NCBI GenBank assembly: GCA_023436925.1
Contig: JAEZHJ010000009.1
Location: forward strand, 1,781 to 65,780
Reading direction: 5' to 3'
DNA: 64,000 bases
Source: Actinomycetes bacterium
GTDB lineage: Bacteria > Actinomycetota > Actinomycetes > Propionibacteriales > Propionibacteriaceae
Shown: one piece after another, positions 54,801 to 63,800 of the stretch
Layout: the number at the start of each line of letters is the position of its first letter
Numbering within the stretch: position 1 is the first letter of the stretch
Made by a program: the position numbers and the translations under genes
The notes under the pieces: generated by a model
What the model was told of the DNA's origin: nothing
The model's database searches: none
The model's input: the letters and a program-made list of their open reading frames with translations, nothing else

Positions 54801-57800
54801 GCGAGGAGAAGGTCGAGACGATCACCCTGCTCGGCCTGGGCGACGGCGGCGGCGACGTCACCCGCACCTTCGTGCTGCGGCCCTACAGCTTCGGCCTCGA
54901 ACTGGTCGGGCAGCTGATCGTCGAGGCCGGCGGCAACGAGCTGATGCGCCTCCAGGGCGGCATCTGGTTGTCGATCGAGGGGACGCCCACCCCGTCGCTG
55001 CAGATGTACCTGACCGGTGAACTCTCCTTCGGCTCCGGTTCGGCACGGCTGACCTACGGTGCGGCGACCGGCGTCCTGTTCATCCGGACCGGCGGCGACC
55101 ACGGGTACGGCGTGGCGGGCATGTTCAGCATCAGCCAGGGTGCCTCCCTCGGCCTGCCGACCAGCCCCGACTTCCTGATCACCGGCAAGGTGCAGGTGAT
55201 GTTCAACACCACCCTGCACGAGCAGGTGCTGACCATCCCGGCCTCCTTCCTGCCGCTGCTGCGGCCCGGTGAGCCGACCACGATCACGGTCCACGCCTCG
55301 GCGCCGGGCCTGGACGGGCAGCCGGTCACCGGCGCCGCCGGGGCGGTCTACGTCAAGGCGACGATCAGCGCGACGCTGATCATCAAGAACCTGATCACGC
55401 TGACCGGCTACATCGGCCTCACCGTGGCGGTGGAGCCCGGCCCCACGACGGTGGGCAGCATCAAGATCGACGGCGCCGTCGGCGGCAGCATCCCCTTCCT
55501 CGGCGCGGTCACCGGCACTGTCCAGCTGCACGCCTTCATCAGCAACGACGCCGGCAAGTCCGGCTTCGTCGGACGGATCGCGCTCACCGTCGGCGCCAGC
55601 TCGATCCCCGGGGTGAAGTTCGGCGGCCAGTTCCTGCTGGAGATCAACACGTTTGCCACCGAGCAGACCGTCGAGACCTTCAAGCTCGAGACCGTCGACG
55701 GCGTCACCCGCCTCGCCGTGAACGGCGACGGCAGCATCGCCACCGACGACGTCACCCTGGCCAGCGGGGTCAACCTGGTGATGTACGGCAAGCTGCTCGT
55801 CCTGGACCGGATCGAGATCTCCGGCTCGGTCGCCTTCACCCTGGGTGGTGACGGGCTCACGCTGAAGGTCAAGGGCCTGATGGCCCTGCACCCGATCGGC
55901 TCGATCTCGGTCGTGGCGCTGCTGTCGGTCGACGCCAGGGGACTGGTGGCCTACTTCAAGGTCGCGCGGAACGCCGACTTCGGCGCCGGGATCGGACTCT
56001 CCTTCGGCGCCGGCGTGTCGATGACGGTCTCGCTCAACACCACCAGCAACGCCGTCTACTTCTCCCAGCTGGGCGACGCGGTGCCCGACCCGGAGGCCGA
56101 GCCCACGCTTCCCGAGGAGTGCGACGGACCCGCCGCCGGCTGCACCGCGGTGGCGCGCGGCTTCCGACTGAACGTCACCGGCAGCATCGACCTGCTCGGA
56201 TTCGCCTCCGCCAGCGGCTTCGTCGACATCACGATCGGGCCGAACGGGTTCCAGCTGCTGTTCGGGCTGGAGTTCAGCCTGGCCGGGGCGCTGACCTTCA
56301 AGGCCAACGGCGGCGCGACGGTGACCGGCGACGGGTTCGCGATGATCCTCGACGTGTCGCTGCGGGCCGGCGACGGCGCGATCTTCGAGATCGAGGCGTC
56401 CGGCAAGCTGAAACTCAACACGGCGAGTGTGTCCCTGCTGGGGGTCGCGGCGAAGTCCTTCACCCTCGACGTTCGCGGCAAGGTGTCGATCCTGAAGATC
56501 ATCGACTTCGACGCCGCGCTGCTGATCTCGGTCGAGGACGGTGGCTGGTACCTGCGCGCCAACGCGTCGATGAAGTTCTTCGGCTTCGCGAACATGAGTG
56601 GCCGCATCGAGCTGTGGTCGAACGGCGACTTCAACATCCAGCTCTCCGGGCGGCTGGTGATCGGCTCCAGCAGCTTCGGCCTGGTCGGTCAGTTCAACTT
56701 CGGCCTGACCTCGCGCCACTACGGCGACGGGTTCTACAAGTTCGAACTCACCATGGGTGCCAGCGTCGACGTCCGGATCTTCGGCATCACGCTGCTCGGG
56801 GCGGGGATCTCGGCGACCTTCAAGGTGGACACCGGCAGCGCGACCGAGAGCCGGGTGAAGATCCAGCTGACCGTCCGGGTCCGGATCAAGATCCTGTTCA
56901 TCTCGTTCACCAAGTCGGCCACCTTCACCATCGGCTACCTGCAGATCCCGCAGCCGGTGTGGCTGGGCGGCAGCGAGGATGCCCCCCGCCACTTCGAGGG
57001 CGGGACGCTGTACCTCAACACCGGGGACCGGGCGGCACACCGCAATATCGGCGTGGAGGACGAGGACGAGTCGTACACCGTCGAGCAGATCGGCACCACC
57101 GCTGCGGGCGCCACCATCAAGCTGACGGCCTTCGGCCGGACCAGCACCTACACCGGTGTCACCGCGATCGTCGGCAACCTCGGCGGCGGCCACGACCAGC
57201 TGTTCGTCAGCCCGAGCGTGACCGTGCCGCTGACCATCGACGCCGGGGCCGGCGACGACCTGATCGTGGTGGAAGGCACCGGCTCGATGAACCTCGCCGC
57301 CGGCGACGGCGATGACGACGTCGTGATCACCGGCGGACGCACCGGCACCGTCACCGGTGGCGCCGGCAACGACTACCTTCGCCACGAGGGCACCGGGAAC
57401 GTCGCGCTGGACGGCGGCGCGGGCAACGACACCCTGATCGCGGCGGCAGCCACCGGATCGATCGACGCCGGGGCCGGTGACGACTACGTCGAGGCGCAGC
57501 TCGGATCCGGCAACCTGACCATCATCGGTGGCGAGGGCGCCGACGAGCTGAGGCTTCGCCTCACCGGGGGCAACGACGGACTGCAGGTCAGCGGGTCGGG
57601 GACCGACCTGCGGTTCGCCGCCGCCGACCCCGTCACGGGGGCCCTGCTCGGCGCCTCCCGCACCGCGGCCGGCTTCGAGTCGGTGACCGTCGACGCCGGC
57701 GCCGGCTCCGACGCGATCACGGTGCAGGACTTCACCGGAGCCACCACGACCTCGCTCACACTCGTGCTCGGCGGCGGGGGAGCGGACCGGGTCACCCTGG

Positions 57801-60800
57801 CCGGGACCAGTGGGGCCGACGGCTACACCCTCGACCATGCCGAGCACCCGGACGAGGACTACGGCCTCGAACTCCGCGTCCGCAAGACCGGCGCCTTCAC
57901 CCTGTGGCTGGTCGGTGCCGTCCGTGCCGAGGGGGACACCCTGGCCATCGACGCCGGAGCGGGCGACGACACCCTCGACGCGTCTGCGATGACGGTCGAC
58001 TCGGTGGCGCTGACCCTGATCGGCGGCGACGGCGACGACACCCTGGTGGGCTCGCCGTTCGCCGACATCCTCGACTCCGGTGCGGGCAACGACAAGGTCA
58101 CCGGCGGACGCGGCCAGGACATCTTCCGCGACGCGTCCGGCTTCGACACCCTGATCGAGACCGTGTGGTCAGCGGTCGGGCTGTACAACAACCTGCTGGT
58201 GATGGGCTCCCTGGCCTCGAGCGGGATCGACTTCGCCGCCGGTGCCACCATCGAGGACCTGGCCGGCATCTTCGAGGCCGCCCGGCTCACCGGCTCCGAC
58301 GGCGCCGACACCTTCCTGATCGGCGACGCCGACGGCTTCGTCGCGATCGGCACCACCCGCCGCACCGCGCAGGGCTGGTCGGGCACGGTCGAGATCCTGC
58401 CGGCCGGCGGCGACGACACCATCCGGGTCGAACTGCGCGGCGCCGGGAATGCAGCGATCACGATCCGCGACTCGGCGGGCACCGACACGCTGCAGGTGTA
58501 CGGCACCAGCCAGCGCGAGGACGTGGTGGTCGAGGCCCGACTGATCCTGGCCTCGGCCGCCGTCGACGGCACGACCGCCACGATCGCGTTCGGGCAGGGC
58601 GACGAGCGCGGAATCGACGCCGTCCTCATCGACACCCGTGACGGCAGCGACCGCGTGGCGGTCCGGGCGATCGACGTGCCGCACAGCATCGAGCTCGGCG
58701 GCGGCGACGACCTGCTGGCGATCGGCAGCCTGGCCGGCTCGGGGGCCACCGCCACCCAGTGGCCCAACCCGGCCGGCACGCTGAACGGCATCGCCGCGCT
58801 GCTCACCATCAGCGGCGGGCTCACCGAGGTCGCCGAGGGCGTCTTCCAGACCGGCTACGACCTGGTGTGGATCTCCGACGCGAGCGACACCGCCGGCAAC
58901 ACCGGTGTGCTCACCGCGAACCTGCTGACCGGGCTCGGCCTGGCGCAGGGGATCAGCTACCAGGGCTTCGAGGCGCTGGAGCTGCGGCTGGGTTCCGGGG
59001 CCGACGAACTGACCATCCGCTCCACGCACAGCGGCAGCACCGCACTCGACGCCGGTGCCGGCAACGACCTGATCATCATCGGGACCGGGTCCGCGGCGCT
59101 CACCGGCATCGCAGGCGCGGTGTCGATCACCGCCGGTGCGGGCACCGACGAGCTCCAGCTGGACGCCACCGGCTCGACCGCCGACCTGATCGGCCGGCTC
59201 ACCGCCGACGCCATCACGGGCCTGGGGATGCCCGGATCGCTGAGCTACCGGCCCGAGGGCGCCGCGGCCCCCGAGACCCTGCGGATCAGCCTCGGCAGCG
59301 GCAACGACCAGTTCGCCGTCGCCAGCACCAGCACCGCCAGCTTCGTCACCGGCGGCCCCGGCGCCGACCGTGTCGTGGTCAACCCCGAACCCGTCGAGGG
59401 CACCCCGAACGCGCTCGCCGGCCGGCTGGGCATCGACGGCCAGGCCGGTGCGGACGTGACGGTCGTGCACCTGTGGGCCAACGGCAACTCCCGCGTCGAC
59501 GTCTCCGACTCCGACCTCGCCCACACCCTGGTCGTCTACGGGACCTCCGCCGCCGACACCATCGTGCTGCGGACCAACGCCGACGGCTCCCGCGGCCTGG
59601 TCGCCCTGCTCTCCGGCCGCGGCAACGACGGGTTGTTCGCGGCGGCCGAGATGGTCACCTACAGCAGCGGCATCGTCGGGGCGGCGGACGGCTACCCGGC
59701 GGTCGACCAGGGCCCGACCGCCGACCCCGGCGACGACAGCGCGGGCAACACCGCCCCGGGCGTCCGGCTGTACACCCTGGGCGGCGACGACCTGGTGGCC
59801 TTCGACGACACCGCGACTGCCTTCCTGCTCGACCTCGGCGCGGGTGCGGACCTGGTCCGGGTCGGCCAGATCTACAAGGTCCGCCGGGCGATCGACGGCC
59901 AGGACCCGGCCGACCCCTACCGCTCCGACGACGAGTTCGGCGTCCGTTCCGGCCCGACCTCGGGCTCTTTCGACTCCTCGCGCGGCCTGCTCTCGGCCGG
60001 CGTCCGCCACGACACCACCATCAGCGGCGGCGACGGCAACGACATCTTCGAGCTCGTCCACAACATCGGCCGGATCTGGCTGTACGGAGACGACGGCGAC
60101 GACACCTTCGTGGTGCGCAGCTTCGTCAGCGCCGCGTCCGTCCCCTACATCAACCTCGGTGGCGGCAACAACGTCGTCCAGTACGCCGCCAACGCCCAGG
60201 TCGCGATCGACGGCGGCGAGGGCAACGACACCGTGGTCGTGGTCGGCACCGAGGGCCCGGACGTCTTCGTGGTCACCGCCACCGCCATCTACGGCGCCGG
60301 CCGCGTGATCACTTTCGTCGCCATCGAGCAGATCGTGCTGTACGGCCAGGAGGGTGACGACGAGTTCCGGATCCTGTCCACGCCGGCCGGCGTCGGCCTC
60401 TCGGTGTTCGGCGGGCTCGGCAACGACCGGATCCGGATCGGTGGAGCCTCCGACCCGGTGAGCGTGACCTTCCCGGCGACCGCCACCACCCCGCAGACCA
60501 CCACCACGGTGACCTTCACGCCCACCACGCTGGCCGACATCCGCGGCCCGGTGTACGTCTCCGGCGGCTTCGACCCCGACCCGCCGTACAGCATCGAACT
60601 GGACTCCTACCTGCCGGTGCTGCTGCCGGGTGAGACCTCCGGCCCGCCGTTCCCGGTGGAGACCACCACCGGTCAGGCGGTCGAGGTCGCCCAGGTCGAC
60701 GAGTTGGTGCTGGACAACTCGCTGAACACCACCGGCCAGACCGGCACCGTCACCGCGCAGGACATCACCGGCCTGCTGACCGGTGTGGTCTACACCGGCT

Positions 60801-63800
60801 TCGAGTCGCTGCGGGTGCTGCTGGGCAGCGGCGACGACCGGCTCGTCGTCGCCGGCACCCACCACGGGACCACCGAGGTCGACGCCGGCGCCGGTGCCGA
60901 TGTGATCACCGTGCGGACCATCGACGGCCACACCCGGATCCTGGCCGGCGCCGGGAACGACACCGTCGAGGTCGGGAGCACCGACCGCCTGCTCGACCTG
61001 CTGGCGGCCACCCTGGTGGTGGACGGCGGCAGCGGCACGGACCGGCTGCTGATCGACGACTCCGGCGACACCGGAAGCAACCTCGGCTGGCTGACCGGCA
61101 CCACCCTGACCGGGCTCGACATGATCGCCCGGACGGCACTGGACACCCTCGGCCGTCCGCTCGACCTGCTGTACTCGGTCCTGCCGCTGGCCGGCGTCGC
61201 GCAGTACACGATCACCCTGGCCCGGCTCGGGCTGGCCACCGCCCTCGGCTCGGTGACCGTCGACGTCGCGACGACCACAGCCGCCCAGCTCGCCGCCGCG
61301 CTGCAGGACCTGCTCTTCCCGCCGGCGCCGGGCGACGACTTCGGCCGCGCCACCAGCTGTGGCGTTGCGGGCGAGAGCCCGTGCGCCCCCTCGGTGTACG
61401 TCTGGGAGTTCGGCACCGGGTTCCTGATCGGCTTCCGCGGCGAGGTCAACGACCCGGCTGCGGTCCGCACCATCACGCTGACCGCCACCGGCGCCGGCTT
61501 CCCGATCGACGGCTACCGCCGCACCGACGGCATCGCCTACACCGGCTTCGAGACCCTCGAACTCGGGCTCGGGTCGGGCAGCGACACGCTGAACATCCGC
61601 GGCACCGGCCCGGTCACCGGCATCGACCTCGGCGCCGGTGACGACCGGGTGTTCGTCTCCTCGACGGCCGACGTCCGGCTCGGCCAGGCCGCCGACTTCC
61701 TGACCGGCACCCTGGACCAACTGCGCGGCACACTCAACCTGCAACTGGGCAGCGGTGGCAACACGCTGCTGATCAGCGACTACGACGCGCTCACCGGGGA
61801 CACCGACGTGCTGGTGACCGACCGGCTCGCCGCCGCCCGCGTCCGGGACGCCGCGCTCGCCGCCGAGGCCGAGATCGCCATCGTCGGGCTCGCCCCGGCC
61901 GGCATCAGCTACGCCGCGACGGGCGGCGACTTCGCCGGCGGCATCCGGCTGTGGACCGGGTACGGCGACGACCGACTCGTCGTGGACGGCACCGTCCGGC
62001 GCGCGGGCCAGCGCACCACCACGTGGCTCAACACCGGCCTCGGCAACGACCACGTCACGATCACGCTCCTCGCCGGGCAGGACGGCCACCTGGTGCTCAA
62101 CACCCAGGGCCCCGACCGCACCCGGCCGACCGCAGCCGATGACGACACCGTCGAGGCCGGCGCCTCCACGCTGCCGCTGGTCATCTTCGGCGGCCAGGGC
62201 GACGACACCATCACCACCGGCAGCGGCGACGACATCGTGGTCGCCGACAACGGCCTGGTGCTGTGGTTCGCGCCGAACCTGCTGCCCGACTTCACCGGCC
62301 TGGCCGACGGCGAGCTGACCCCCGCCGAGCTCGCCGCCCTGATCGGCACCGGGATCGCCGGGGTGGCGGGCTTCGGCGGGCCGGGCGACTTCTCGCTCAA
62401 CACCGAGACCCTGGTGGGGCTGGTCCTGGCGATCCGCTCCGGCACGCCGGGCGACGACGCGGTCAGCACCGGAGCCGGCGACGACATCGTCATCGGCGGC
62501 GAGGGCGCCGACCGGATCGACGCCGGTGGCGGCGACGACGTGGTGATCGGCGACCTGGGCTACCTCGCGCAGACGCTGAGCGGAGGCACCCTGCGGCAGC
62601 GCCGGACCGCGGTCTGGGGCAACACGCTGGGCGGCGATGACGAACTCCGCGGCGGCGACGGCGACGACCTGCTGATCGGCGGTGTCGGGGACGACCGGAT
62701 CGACGGCGGTGCCGGTGCCGACCTGATCCTGGGCGACAACGCCCGCATCGAGCAGAGCTTCAGCCTCACCCCGACCGGATGGTGGCCGTCCTTCCTGCGG
62801 CTCACCCTGCTCGACCACGACAACCTGGCCCAGTCCGCCAAGGTCCGGGCCTGGGGTCACGACACGATCGCGGGCGGTGCCGGGAACGACGTCATCTTCG
62901 GCCAGCTGGGCGACGACGTGATCCAGGGCGACGGATCGATCGACATCCCGGCCCACGCCTACCGCGACGCCGCCGGCCACCTGGTCGTCACCACGTCGGT
63001 GCTGGCCGACACCGACGGCGATGACTACATCGAGGGCGGCGGCGGAAACGACGTGGTCTTCGGCAACGGCGGCAGCGATGACATCATCGGTGGGTCCTCG
63101 GCGCTGTTCTCGCTGACCACGATGAAGTCCCGCCCGGACGGCCGCGACCTGCTCTTCGGTGGCGCCGGGACCCTGACCGGCCGCAACGACGACACCTTCG
63201 ATGACGGACGCGACTCCGACGTCCTGATCGGCGACAACGGGTACATCCTGCGCGCCACCCCGGTGGCCGGCGTGCTGGCCCAGCTGAGCGGCGTCGGCGC
63301 CTCGGTGGCGGCCCTGCTCGGCGGCCGGACGATGCGGGTCGTCGTCCTGCTGGACTACACCGACGGCGGCCCGGACGCCCGCAGCTGGCTGTTCCCGCGG
63401 ATCACCGCCACCCAGGCCGCCACCTCGGGCACCGCGCTGCTTGACGTCTGGGGGGCCGACGAGTTGCACGGCGAGTCCGGCGATGACGCCCTCTACGGCG
63501 GCGGCGGCAACGACGTCCTCTACGGCGGCTCGGGTGTCGACTACCTGGTCGGCGGCTGGGGCCACGACTGGCTCTCCGGCGGCACCGGCAACGACCTGCT
63601 GTTCGGGGACGAGGCGTGGACCAGCGGCATGAGCGTGGACGCCACGCAGCCCAAGACGGTGCGCTACTCCAACGACATCCTCTACGGCGGCTGGGACGAC
63701 GACGTGCTGGACGGCGGCTTCGGCGATGACGCACTGTCCGGTGCCGAGGCGCTGGAGACCTCCTACGCCCTCTCGTACCGCAAGTCGGGCAAGAAGTGGA

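Noticed and set aside
44381-63565. Minus-strand ORFs 44381..49432 (1683 aa), 52850..57847 (1665 aa), 58169..63565 (1798 aa) and 41204..42412 (402 aa), and plus-strand +1-frame ORFs such as 38845..42384 (1179 aa).
   Set aside because: The explanation is the same as above. The minus-strand ones are all in the codon-aligned antisense frame and terminate at sense CTA (44381) or TCA (52850, 58169) codons. The +1-frame ORFs translate to Arg/Pro/Gly/His-rich sequence typical of off-frame reading of GC-rich genes.
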